A DNA stretch of 63,627 nucleotides, the filler included, from Octopus bimaculoides (lineage: Eukaryota): assembly GCF_001194135.2 (NCBI RefSeq). It is 6 parts of 6 records of this genome, joined end to end, with 100 filler letters (N's around TTAATTAATTAA, not from the genome) between each part and the next. Parts side by side here need not be neighbours in the genome. Positions count along the whole stretch, not along the records: positions 15,915 to 42,640 come from NC_068983.1; 5 more parts are not named here. One strand, given 5' to 3'. Every line of letters starts with the position of its first letter. Position 1 is the stretch's first letter. This document shows positions 25,543 through 39,284 of this stretch, in pieces. Made by a program: the position numbers and the translations under genes. The notes beneath the pieces are model-generated. The model was not told where the DNA came from, ran no database searches, and saw only the letters and a program-made list of their open reading frames with translations.

Positions 25543-26600
25543 TATTGTGTTTAGTCAAAAGTTTTGCAATATTTTGATAACTTGTTTGCTTTATTCGTCA
25601 AGTTACAACAAAAGCAGCTTAGCATTCAAATCAGAGGTCACCGTGTTTCACCGTCTGAGGTCACCTTTTTGCCACTTCTTAGATCCCACGCTAATACTAG
25701 TTCTTGTCCTTCCATTTCCTCTTGGTTGATGAATCGTCGCTAGCTCAGGAAGCGAACGATGGACTGAAACTAATAATCTGCGGGAGCTACGTTCGGACTA
25801 TATGCTGGTTGTGGCATCAGTTCGATTCTCTCAAGTTCCTGGAGTTTATTGCGGATCGTTTGATCGGTATGAGGTTTTGTGTTGTCTCGCTTTCTGTTAA
25901 CTAATGCCGGGTATTTTTGCCGCGCAATAGCATACCTGAATACAGGTTGGCATCGATGGTTCGACCGTCCGAAACGAACTTGTAGTGAATTATCCTCTCA
26001 TAATACCAACAGACGCTGAGCATCATCTTCCGTTCGATACACCCATATTTGGCGAGAGGTTCTGGAAGCTGGACTTTATGCACATTAGGATTGCGGACAA
26101 ACATTTCCTTCGGATTATTACTTGCATGCAAAGGCGGCGAGCTGGTAGAAACGTTAGCACGCCGGGCGAAATGCTTAGCGGTATTTCGTCTGTCTTTACT
26201 TTCTGAATTCAAATTCCGCAGAGGTCGACTTTGCCTTTAATCCTTTCAGGGTCGATAAATTAAGTACCAGTTGCATACTGGAGTCAATCTAATCGACTGG
26301 TCCCCTCTCCCAAAATTTCGGGCCTTGTGCCTACAGTAGAAAAGATTATTACTTGCATGTAAATTTCTTCCGATAATTACATAATGTAGCTAATGTCGAG
26401 ATAGGAATTTTATATGTTGCTTAATCAACATGCCACTTACTTGTAACCTGATGAGTTGAGAGCTGCGCAATATACCACGTAAACTTATGGAGATTGTATA
26501 TACTGCATGCTTGGAAGCACAGTGCTTGCCTCACAATTTTTAACGAACCAATTGTAGCAATACCAGATAATCCATTTGTCTGTTTGTATACCATGTATGT
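25543..26600 (-). mobile_element. Mariner transposase relic (SINE inserted)
   Basis: KMMLSVCWYYERIIHYKFVSDGRTIDANLY; RDNTKPHT..KLQELERIELMPQPAYSPNVAPADY. The 3' TIR-like end tattgtgtttagtcaaaagtttt is at 25543. Confidence 0.8.
26133..26344 (+). mobile_element. tRNA-derived SINE family 1, full length with 20-bp TSD
   Basis: ggcggcgagctgg..gaattcaaattccg..ggccttgtgcctacagtagaaaag, flanked by GATTATTACTTGCATG(C/T)AAA at 26113-26132 and 26344-26363. Confidence 0.9.
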
Positions 26601-26879
26601 ATCCATAAATAAATAAATAAGTGACCTGCAAGGGAAGAAATATGAAACCATGAGTGCGACACTTGCCAAGGAAGAAGACACAAACAGTAATGACCCTATC
26701 ACCACCAATGTGTGCAAACAAAGAGATGAAAGGGCTAAAAAGTAAATGATTAAAAAAAAAGAAAGAAAAAAAACCGTCGGAAACAAACAGGACCAAAAGG
26801 ATGATGATGATACAAATTAAAAAAAAGTAGAAAAAAACAAAAAATAGCTCCTTAGATGAACAACCACAGAAATAGATAA

Positions 26880-27745
26880 GTTAAACTGCTCATAAGCAAA
26901 GGTACAAATAACTAAAAAGAAAACAAACCCTGGGACAAGGAAGACTGCAGACTACAGAAATAGAAGTGTGAAAGAGCACACACAAGTGTTACCTGCACAG
27001 TATCTGCTGGCATGGAGACCACGGTGCAAACTGCTGTTTCGTACGCTCAAAACCGTGCCAAAGCTGCATGAAGTGGGACAAAAACTTCCCTCCAAAGGGA
27101 CTAAAGGATAAAGAAAGACTACAAAAGGAAACACACCACGCATGACCTACCCCAAAACCAAAATATTCTGATGTAGTGCACATTGCTTCCAACAGCAAGC
27201 CCTATCCAGATGCCGTCAGAAGGGTATAACGTGGTGTGAACAAAGACAGGTGGGATCCTGTTCAACCTCACCAACAAGTCATGCATAGAGTAAGTAGTAC
27301 TCCGACCAACCAACCAAACAATCAAGACAAACATTATACTTGATCTCTCCTTCACAAACATAATGCGAAAGTGACATCAATCCTAGTCTAGGCGGGAGGA
27401 ATTTACACAAACAGCATAACAGAGGGACCATTGCATAGTGCCGAAAATCCCAACATTGCCATCAAGGTTCAGGGCCAAATACTGCAACAGGTTGGGTTTC
27501 AAAATCCCACAGCTTTTCAATATCCTCTCCAAATGCTTGAGAGACCTACATGGTGTACACGTAGGTGTTTTCAAAACAGAACTAGATTTCCTCCTGACAA
27601 GAGTTCCGGAAGTGTAGCAAAGTTAACGGAGGTGCCAAAGCATGGCCGTAGCTCTCAAATTCAAAGAATTAAACAGAGCTCACATGAACCACTCCGCCTG
27701 GAGTGTGGCGACCAAGAAAATCAGTGACCAACATGTAACCTCAGC
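26880..27745 (+). mobile_element. Internally collapsed CR1-group LINE (ORF1 CCCH fingers, APE C-terminus, 3' end)
   Basis: KCYLHSICWHGDHGANCCFVRSKPCQSC; *VVLRPT..NIILDLSFTN; HCIVPKIPTLPSRFRAKYCNRLGFKIPQLFNIL..LRDLHGV..FKTELD. Confidence 0.65.
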
Positions 27746-28059
27746 ATCATCGTCAAAATGGAGGAATTACAATGTTGGAAAGTGTGTATAAAATTTGTTA
27801 GTGAAGTAAGAAAAAACAATATTATTCGCGTAATCCATGTTAGTCACATAATCAACGCTATATCGTTCGTCACACGCGCGCGCGCTCTCACTCACTCACT
27901 CATTCATTCGCTCACTTATCATGGGCTCTCCCGTTGAAAACGATGTATGATTTGATCAGCTTGTCGCCGAACGACCTGCACCAATGATTTGCTTACAGTG
28001 ATCAATTGTGTGCTGTACATTAGCTCACTCCCTCCATCAAATCAACGTTGCATGAACAG

Positions 28060-28215
28060 GTTCACGTTGTACTACTACACGTCAGGTATCACACGTCAGG
28101 TATCAAGATGAATTGTTTTGCTCAAGAACACAACGAACCACTCGGTCTTGAAATTGAAACCACGATCTGGCGATCATGTATGCAACACTCTAACCACTAG
28201 GACATGCGTCCCCAC
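28060..28215 (-). mobile_element. tRNA-derived SINE family 4, partial
   Basis: Reverse complement of catgtcctagtggttagagtgttgca..ggtttcaatttc..gtgttcttgagcaaaac. Homologous to 36748-36935 and 51040-51270. Confidence 0.65.
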
Positions 28216-28788
28216 ACAGAAAATATAGACACACAGACACACACACATATACACACACATCCACATGTGCACATGTGTATGTGTGTATACTCTGGTGTGG
28301 GGACGCATGTCCTTTGTGTTTTAACTTGTCATGTGTCTATATACATATAAATATAAAAAAATATATATGCATGGATGCGCTCGACGTGTGACAGTTAAAC
28401 TAAATGGGTTTCAGTCCCAATGTTAATCGCTTTAAACTTCCGCTGTCGCTTGTGCACACAAGCCGTCCGTATCTGAAAGCAGACTATGATGTAATACAAA
28501 CAGCGCACCAATAGTTACAGAGAAAACATGGATATTGACTTGAGACTCCTGTATTTCAACTGATACATATTTCAATATTCAGCAACACATGACGGTCATA
28601 ATATAGATTAAATCAGTAGACGCACCCTGTAGAACCAGTATGATGAGCAGAAGCTCTACACCATATTGATATCACCAAGGTACTTACAGTCTTTTTTCAA
28701 TATAATGGTATCGTCTGTCAGCGTTGCTAATAAGGTAGGCTATTATAAGAAACGAAAACATCAAAACAGAAATAGATTCGAATAGAAA

Positions 28789-30579
28789 TCTGTATACATA
28801 AATGGCAATTTCTGTCTGTTTGTAGCGGTGTTTTTATGTTTGTGAATTTGTTACTTTAATTGCTCCGAAACTATCCAACCGATCTTGATGAAACTGGCGG
28901 AGGGGGTGGGGCTTATGCCCATGCGGTCACTTACGCACGTAGAATTTTAAAAAAAAATCAATAATTTCTAATCAGCATCATTTTTTCAAAAATTAATACG
29001 TCATTGCAATGCAAATTCTCAGATTAATGTTATTTTCTGTCATAAATGTTATACACAGATGGAATATGCGCTAAGGATGGGTTGAGAAAAATAAAAATTT
29101 TTACATACATGCACAAAAATGACGATGACACAGGTTCGCTACCAGATTCTGGTCATTTTTTTCGTGAAGTTGGTCTTATCCATTAATATAGATTTCAATT
29201 TGACGAAAAATGCCGAAATTCAACGAAAAATATTTCACGGGTATAAACAAACATCTTATTGATGGTAATCTCATTAGCATTTGCTAGTTCTGCATTTCAA
29301 TCGTTTTCATTTGTTAAAACTTATTATTTCAATTCGTTGATATAATCCCTCAGCGTTTCAGGTTTTAAATAAGTGCCTTTTATTTCTCAAGCATTTCTAT
29401 TCAGTATTCTTATGCATAACCATAGATATACTGACAATCAAACTACACTTATACAAACTACTACTTACATACAAGGTTTAACTTATCAGTATACCCCCCT
29501 CTTAGCTTGCGAATACATTTGGAGTTCAGATTTGCTTTAAGTTACTACATGAACCTTAACTCTTATAGAAGGTTCAGGATCTAATATCAGTCTTTTAAGA
29601 CAGGGGATATTTTCTTATAGTTCTCAACTTACATAAGAAAGTCGGGACTTCTTATCCACCATTGGGTGTGCATGTGTGTTTGTGAATTTGTTACTTTAAC
29701 TCCTCCAAAACTATCCCACCGATATTGATGAAACTCGACAGACGTGTGCGGTCACTTACGCACTTGGAATTCCAAAAAAAAAAAAAAATCGATAATTTTT
29801 AATCAGCATCGATTTTTCAAAAATCAATAGGACGTTTCAATGCAAATTCTCGTATGTTATTTTATGCCATAACTTTTAAAGTTTTCAACCGATATTCTTG
29901 AAATTTTATACACAGATGGAATATGATCTAAGGATGGGTGGAGAAAAACAAATTTTTACCCAGGCCACTCAAGCAAAGCGTAAGATGATTTTTGATTAAC
30001 TGATTAACGAAATTTGGCCTAAATTGTTGTGGGTTTAAAATGTTGATCATTTACCTCAGTATTCTCAGGTTACTGTAACATGTATTTTTTAACACCTGCA
30101 CTTAAAATTATCGATTTTAAACATTGCAAAGTTATGTGGTAAAACATGTAATATATATTTTCTTAACACCTGCACTTAAAATTGTCGGTTCTAACCGTTG
30201 CAATCGATATTTGATTCTCACGATCAATGAAACTATACCCATGAAACACAGTCGACAAATTATGTGCCTTTTTTCTAAATAATTTTTTGTTTACTTTTCA
30301 AACTTTCATGTTCTTTTTTTCCACAGCACTCTTTTACAATTCCCTTCTTGGTGTTTCCATTAGTTATATATTTGCAGCTTTCCACTCATATTACTAAACG
30401 ATTGTCGTTTTCCAATTCGACACGTGTTTATTCGTATTATTGTTTTGTGAATGAATTTGCTTACACCTTCTATTATCTGTCCTATGTCTTGATTTCATTT
30501 TTCGTCTGAGAAAAAATAGGCACTGTAATGGGTACTGAGAATATGCTCACTCCCGGATATTACCGGGTACCTCAGCTAG
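28789..30579 (+). mobile_element. Non-autonomous Helitron
   Basis: 5' A|TCTGTATACATAAA; 3' hairpin cccgg-atatta-ccggg (30552-30567) then CTAG|T. Contains a duplicated internal module at about 28835-29105 and 29675-29960. Confidence 0.8.
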
Positions 30580-31709
30580 TAGCATATAAATAGAAATACA
30601 GTTCCTTGCAGTAAATTGTTCAGGATTGCGAGAATTTAGAGTGGTAATTTAAGATGTGTTATTGAATAAGTACTGTTTTCTCAACCGGAACGATCTCATG
30701 TAGCTCAACAAAGAACAAAAGCAAAAATGTAAATATATGAGAATCTATCACTTGTAAGAATGATTTCCATGCTGAATTTACACTGAACTTATTTACAGGA
30801 GAAGTATCTTTCTTTACATCACGGTTTATTGATGGTTGCCATTTCCCTATGCAATGTTGAAGAAATAAAATCATTCATGTGTGTCAAATATGTACAAGTG
30901 GGGCTGCGAAAATACTGCTCAATTAAGTTTTTTTTCTTTTTTTTTATAGTGGAGAATGAACGCCACAGCAGAAGTCGGATAACAACGAAATCAACTCCAG
31001 TCTTTGCGAAATAATACAAATGATAGAAGCAAAAATAAAAGTAAGAAAATTGAGCACCACACTTACAATATAACATCTCTTTGAAGGATAGAAAATATTT
31101 CATTGTGTAAAGGACTTAGTTAAGAACTCAACGAATGTTATAAATGTAATACAGTACTTATTTGGAGAATTGATGTGTACGAAATCCAGCAACTGAAATC
31201 TATTCATCACTAAAAATAGGGACTATCGCTACATATATCAATTAATAAATGCGAACGTTTTCTTAAGGTCTTAATACATAGTCAAGTCGTGATGTAAACA
31301 TAGCAGGAAAGTCAAATTTATGCGTATACCGACATCTGGGGACTAAAAGAATGAGACGTTAGAGGGGATTCTGTGTTTGCTTATGATATGCTAAGAATAA
31401 AGAGAACATACGATAGAAACCAGAAAAAGCCAAAATATGCCACATTCTCTTTCGTTTGTGGAACATAAACCATATATTTTTTTTTTATTTTAGCTTACAT
31501 TTGTAACTCTCTTTTGAAAATAGAGAGAGAAATTGAATAAGATTTTGCAGTCTACAGGCAACATTTGTCACAGCATTTTCTACAGACGAGCAGAAATAAA
31601 GGTGAAATCCTTAGAGTTCGGTACTAAGACCTTTACATGACGAAGTATTTTCAGTAATCTAAAGAGATTTCATTTCAGTATTACTAAAATCACATTGGAG
31701 CGCCTGCAC

Positions 31710-31796
<87 letters not shown>

Positions 31797-32046
31797 CACA
31801 CACACGAACACGTGCACACATAAATACATGCGCGCGCACACAGGCACAAAGTATGTACATGAAGTGAAAGGAAGAGACAGACAGACAAACAGACAGGCAG
31901 GCAGGCAGAGAGGTACATAGACAGAGGGACACAGAGCAGCAGCAAAGCGGTGAGATGGAAGAATATGTAAATATATTTAAAGAAAATAAACAGCAAAATA
32001 AATAGCAAAATAAATAGCTTGCTATCTAATTTGCTTGATAGATAGA

Positions 32047-32099
<53 letters not shown>

Positions 32100-32492
32100 G
32101 GACGGACTGACGGACGGACGGACCGACGAATGGATGGATGGATGGATAAAGAGGTAAATGGCTGGATAAGTTAGAAATATTCTAATGATGCGAAACATAA
32201 TTACATTTGTGACGAAAACGTGTACATACGCTTATGTTCATGTGAAAATGTTAGACAAAATTATATAGATATACATATATGTCCAATTTTTCGAAGTTTC
32301 CATGATAAAAATTATTTAAATTTGTATATGGAAAAGTTAGGGATGGTTTAATGAATACAAATTTGTATTTTTGTACGTTATGCGAGAATTATATGCATGA
32401 ATGAATGTATATATGTATAAATGCGTAAATGTAGGTGTGATCATTCATGCTTATATCAAAGTAAATATATCTATCTATCTATCAAGCTATCT

Positions 32493-32647
<155 letters not shown>

Positions 32648-33019
32648 GAGATAGAGATAGAGACAGAGAGAGTGAGAGGGGGATTTGAACGCGCATATAT
32701 ATACGTTCATATGTCTGTATACGAAAGCATATATTATATATGAAACATATAAGAGAATATTAAAGGCCTAATAATTTTTATACGCATGCATATGTGTACA
32801 ATGTATATATCTATGGGGTATGCCTGTATACAGACCAGTCTCTAAATTGATACATCTACACAGTGTTGTATACAGACACTTAGATATACATATTTGTGCG
32901 TACATATACGACCATCAATATATGTAGAAGAAATGTACATATCAGCATGTGTATAAGTATGAATGCATGTATCTATATGTATGTATGTAGGCATGTGGGT
33001 GTGTGTGCATATATATATG

Positions 33020-33050
<31 letters not shown>

Positions 33051-34899
33051 NNNNNNNNNNNNNNNNNNNNNNNNNNNNNNNNNNNNNNNNNNNNNNNNNN
33101 NNNNNNNNNNNNNNNNNNNNNNNNNNNNNNNNNNNNNNNNNNNNNNNNNNNNNNNNNNNNNNNNNNNNNNNNNNNNNNNNNNNNNNNNNNNNNNNNNNNN
33201 NNNNNNNNNNNNNNNNNNNNNNNNNNNNNNNNNNNNNNNNNNNNNNNNNNNNNNNNNNNNNNNNNNNNNNNNNNNNNNNNNNNNNNNNNNNNNNNNNNNN
33301 NNNNNNNNNNNNNNNNNNNNNNNNNNNNNNNNNNNNNNNNNNNNNNNNNNNNNNNNNNNNNNNTATATATGCATATATATATATATATACATACATAATA
33401 CATACATACATACACACGCACCTAATTACATATTTATGCATATACATTATATATCTACCAACATGTATATACACGTGTATATATATATATACATGTATGT
33501 ATACATATATGCACACGTGCAAACATACATACATAATACATACATACATACATACATACATACATACATACATACATACATACATACGTTCATACATACA
33601 TACTTACGTACGTACATAAATACATTCGCAAACTACTAAAAAGAGAGCAACTTGTAAATTAAATCATGTTAGAAATCTATCTGAGACTACAATGTAATAG
33701 CGGAGCAAGACATGAACCCGTTTCAGGCAGAAATTGTGAGTGAAATGTCTTATTAGATCGTTCCCCATGAGAAATGCAGTATATATGAAGCTGAAGTATG
33801 TGCCTAAGGCTTGAAGTGTCAATGTAGCAAACAAACTTCGCTTAATTCATAACAATTTCGTCGGTTCCAGCTCTTAAGCAGTTCCGATACATGTATGTAT
33901 GTGCGCATGTATGTGTGCATAATACTTTATGTGTACATTCCAACGTATAGTCTATACATATAAAAATATCTTATACAAACATACACATGTACACATATGC
34001 ATATATGCGTACATCCATGCGCACGCACGTACATATATAGCTTCATACATACATATATATATGATCGAACGCCACGCACCCTTTTCCAAGTAAGTATATA
34101 TATATATATATATATATATNNNNNNNNNNNNNNNNNNNNNNNNNNNNNNNNNNNNNNNNNNNNNNNNNNNNNNNNNNNNNNNNNNNNNNNNNNNNNNNNN
34201 NNNNNNNNNNNNNNNNNNNNNNNNNNNNNNNNNNNNNNNNNNNNNNNNNNNNNNNNNNNNNNNNNNNNNNNNNNNNNNNNNNNNNNNNNNNNNNNNNNNN
34301 NNNNNNNNNNNNNNNNNNNNNNNNNNNNNNNNNNNNNNNNNNNNNNNNNNNNNNNNNNNNNNNNNNNNNNNNNNNNNNNNNNNNNNNNNNNNNNNNNNNN
34401 NNNNNNNNNNNNNNNNNNNNNNNNNNNNNNNNNNNNNNNNNNNNNNNNNNNNNNNNNNNNNNNNNNNNNNNNNNNNNNNNNNNNNNNNNNNNNNNNNNNN
34501 NNNNNNNNNNNNNNNNNNNNNNNNNNNNNNNNNNNNNNNNNNNNNNNNNNNNNNNNNNNNNNNNNNNNNNNNNNNNNNNNNNNNNNNNNNNNNNNNNNNN
34601 NNNNNNNNNNNNNNNNNNNNNNNNNNNNNNNNNNNNNNNNNNNNNNNNNNNNNNNNNNNNNNNNNNNNNNNNNNNNNNNNNNNNNNNNNNNNNNNNNNNN
34701 NNNNNNNNNNNNNNNNNNNNNNNNNNNNNNNNNNNNNNNNNNNNNNNNNNNNNNNNNNNNNNNNNNNNNNNNNNNNNNNNNNNNNNNNNNNNNNNNNNNN
34801 NNNNNNNNNNNNNNNNNNNNNNNNNNNNNNNNNNNNNNNNNNNNNNNNNNNNNNNNNNNNNNNNNNNNNNNNNNNNNNNNNNNNNNNNNNNNNNNNNNN

Positions 34900-34976
<77 letters not shown>

Positions 34977-35179
34977 ACATACAGATATATACACAAAGAT
35001 ACTCACCTATAGGTATATATATGCATCTATGAATGTGTATGTGAAGATGTCTATGTGCGTATGATTGTATGTGCGAGCGTATATTTGTGTGTGTAAAATA
35101 TACTTATATACAATCGTATATTAAGGTAGAAATACACAGCTAATTAGCCATATAAATATATATTTATACACACACACAC

Positions 35180-35259
<80 letters not shown>

Positions 35260-35456
35260 GCACATATGTGCGTGTCTGTATGTGTGCATGCGTGGGTGTT
35301 CGTGTCTGTATGTATGTATGTATGTATGTATGTATGTATGTATGTACGTATGTATGTTGTGTGTGTGTGTATACATGTGTATGTATATATATATATGTAT
35401 GCATATCCATCCATCCATCCATCCATCCATTCATCCATCCATCCATCCATCCATCC

Positions 35457-35509
<53 letters not shown>

Positions 35510-35825
35510 CCTATTTGTCTGTCTGTGTGTGACTCTGTGTGTGTGAAGATACATAAATTTAATTTGCGGTCCATGGGAAGAGCCATTTTAGCGATGCGTC
35601 CTGCCCAGCCCTTCGAAACGCCGGTGTTAAAACGGGGGTAGCTGATGAAGAAGAATGTTCTCTATGTGGCTTGTGTGCTTTCTCGTCTACGTTTTGTTTG
35701 CAATGTCCTGTACCCAGATATGCACCTATACATACAGCTGGATGTCGGTATGCACATACCTGTACGTATATATGCATATACTCATTTACTATTTGTTTAT
35801 ATATATATATATATANNNNNNNNNN

Positions 35826-35900
<75 letters not shown>

Positions 35901-36126
35901 ATATGCGCACATACACTTATACATATTAACAAGGGAAATATACGAAGAATGGCACAAAACAAAAAGCGCAATAGTATTAACAACATGATCCCCACCAACA
36001 GCAATCGGAACGGCACTAGTACGAGTAGACATAATTGTAACGAATTTATCGACAAAACAGTATGTAAATCTCAAATATTCAACTTCAACATCGATTATAA
36101 ACAATAAATTGACAAAGAAAATATTG

Positions 36127-36163
<37 letters not shown>

Positions 36164-36747
36164 TATTTATGCTAAGTGTAATATCGCAACGTATCTCAAA
36201 AGTACATGATATATTTGCTGTCGCATATAAGTGAGTGGTACATTATTATTCGTAAAAAATAAAAATAAAAGCAACTTCGCGTAAGGAAACGTGTGGTGCA
36301 AGTTAAATAACTTCTTATATTGATATGCGTGGTTGTGGTCATGTGGTAAGAAGCTTGCTTTCCAATCACATGGTTCCGGATTCGGTTCCACTAGGTTGCG
36401 TCTTGTTCAAATGTTTTTTCTACTGCAGCTTTGGGCCAACCAAAGCCATGTGAATGAATTTTTTAAACTACAAAACTCCATCGGATATATAAACGCGCCT
36501 ATGTGTATGTGTGTTTGTGTCTGTGTTTATTAACCACCATCATTTGGCGGTTTGTGTTGGTGAGTTTATGTCTCCATAACATATCAGTTCAGCAAAACTG
36601 ATGGCTAAAAGAAGTGCCAGGCACAGTCGGCTCAATTCATTTAACACAAACCTCTTCCAGACAGTCTGAACACTGGAACAAGTACAAGACAAAATATATC
36701 ATAATATAATATATTATGATATAAAATAATGTAATATAATATATGTA

Positions 36748-36935
36748 TAGGCACGTGGCCTAGCGGTTAGGCTGTTGCACTCACGATCGCTAGATCGTGG
36801 GTTCGATTCCTAGACCGGGCGGCGCGTTGTGTTCTTGAGCAAAACACTTCATTTCACGTTGCTCTAGTCCTCATTCGACGCACATTGTGATCAGCGATGT
36901 GTAACAACATCTGAGAGTTTGGTCAGTCACGTCAT
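36748..36935 (+). mobile_element. tRNA-derived SINE family 4
   Basis: A box tggcctagcggttag and B box ggttcgattcc, followed by ttgtgttcttgagcaaaacacttcatttcac. Confidence 0.75.
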
Positions 36936-37748
36936 ATATATATATATATATATACACACACGCATATGCACACACACACACACACACAATTTTATATGAA
37001 CCCTGACTTAGTGCAATACATACATACATACATACATACTGATTGATAGACAGATACATAAATAGATATGCATAGGTATAAGTGTTTAGGTATATTTGTA
37101 ATCATTAGTAGACTTCACTGTTAGACTAATTGTAGCATAGATTACCTGTTAGGTTGCGTTTTTGTGTATGTGCGCTATGTTTAATCCTATATTCAGGTTT
37201 TATGTTTGCAGCTCCGTCACGTGACTTTTAGAGGCCCTTTACAACTTTTTGTTTCGCGACCCCATCCCTTCAATCAAAATTCATAATCCACGCACCCTTT
37301 ATTCATAGTTATATTTTATTTTATTCTATCTGAATTTCAATATTCCACGTTATCCTAAAAAACATCTTTTAAAGTACAAGTTAAATCTATTTAGGTCAAT
37401 TACAAATTTCAATAAGTCAGAACTTCCAAATATGAATAAAGGAGCACATTTATGATGCAGGCAACCTTCAAAGTCAAACACGGAGCATTTTTCGCTTCGC
37501 GAAATCATCGATCGGTTCAGAGTAATCAAGTTCGTGTTCAATAGATATCATAGACAATGCACAACGTCCGGTACTCGTTCGTGATACAATGTAATAATTT
37601 TACAAGAACTTTTTCAAGTACAATGCGTTATCATTTTATTTCTTGAAAATTTCTGTTAACATAGATATCCTATCCTTAATATAACCACCATACAGGTGAA
37701 AGATTGATTTAAACAATCATATTGCTTCGTTCAGATGGTTGGTTGGTT

Positions 37749-38129
37749 GGCACTCCGTCGGTAACGACTACGAGGGTTCCAGTTGATCTGATCAGCGGAA
37801 CAGCCTGCTCGTGAAATTAACGTGCAAGTGGCTGAGCACTCCACAGACACGTCTACCTTTAACGTAGTTCTCGGAGAGATTCAGCGTAACACGGAGTGTA
37901 ATAAGGCTGGTCTTTTGAAATACAGGTACAATAGAAACAAGAAGAAAGAGTGAGAGAAAGTTGTGGTGAAAGAGTACATCAGGGTTCGCCATCATCCCCT
38001 GCTGGAGCCTCGTGGAACTTTAGATGTTTTCGCTCAATAAGCACTCACAACGCCCAGTCTGGGAATCGAAACCGCGATCATGCGACTGCGAATCCGCTGC
38101 CTTTAACCACTGGGCCATTGCGCCTCCAC
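37749..38129 (-). mobile_element. tRNA-derived SINE family 3, full length
   Basis: Collinear with 13352-13719. The head's anticodon-arm remnant gcgga-ttcgcag-tcgc suggests tRNA-Arg(TCG) ancestry. Confidence 0.85.
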
Positions 38130-39284
38130 ATCGTTCATATAAATGTAGCCGAAATGAATACAAAATTTTAGTGGCATCTGGAATTTGAAAATCTTTATTG
38201 GCGTTAATATCAACCTTGACCGATGTATATCATATAGAAATAGAATTAAATTTTCAGGTTATGCATCGCAAGAAAGCGCATTATACTCAAGAAGCCTTAA
38301 CAAATCTGCTGATAATCTAAATGCAAGATCACAGAGCTATACGAAATAGATACCCTCTAATGAATTAGAAGTTCAAAGCACAAGATCATTAATGGAACAA
38401 TGGTTAATTCTCTTTCGAATATTTCAAACCCGTTATGCTTCCACAAAACAGTGTGAATTAGTACATCTCATTATCCATTTCTATTTGATATGGATGAAAT
38501 CAATGTACATAAGAAATTCTCTGAACTTCCATACAAATACCTAAAAATTCCATTATTTTAGCCTAACATTTCTATTTATTGAATTTCATATTTTTACATT
38601 TTTTATTATTTGTATTTATTATTGTATTTTTATTTTATTCATATATATATTTTTTTTATTGCTTCACTATATCTTTAAGTACCCGAAACAAATGCGTCAC
38701 CTCTACGTATATGTAATGAATTATGCCCTAGGCAAACATTTATACAGACTCTGAGTACCGAGATTTTTTATAATTGACCTTATTCTTCTATTCTTAAATT
38801 CTGTACTACACATGGACTTGTGTTCAAGAAGTATTATTTTCATTGGTCGATATCAAATTATTTTCTCCTCACCATCCCTTTCTTTTAGCCCCTTACTGTA
38901 TGTAACCTTTTTAGTAATGTTCTTTTCAGCCAAAGACAAATAAATGAAAGGAATCGTTAGAGTGGCGACCCAAAAGAGCCTGACGTATGTTATCTACGTT
39001 CTCAGTTCAAATCCAGTTAAATTAACTTTATCTTTCATCCATCCAGAATCCTTTAACATAAAGTAGCAGTCAAATAGTGGGATCGATGGTATCGGCTAAC
39101 TTTCTCTCCTCAAATCTGCTTGCCTGGTGCCTAAATGATTGCGGCGTTGTGCTCGTACTATCGATAGAGCGACGGGAAAGTGTTTTACAGCATTCCTTAT
39201 GGTTAATTAAGTTCTGAATCCAGTCAATAAAATAAAGCATCAGATTGGTCTTAGGCGTCGGCGGTATTGACTAACACCACCCAC

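Noticed and set aside
35590-35655. Permuted hammerhead-like string CTTC-GAAAC...CTGATGA-A-GAAG
   Set aside because: A 4-bp stem II would form, but there is no NUH triplet (GCC) and no stem I complement, so it is probably chance.
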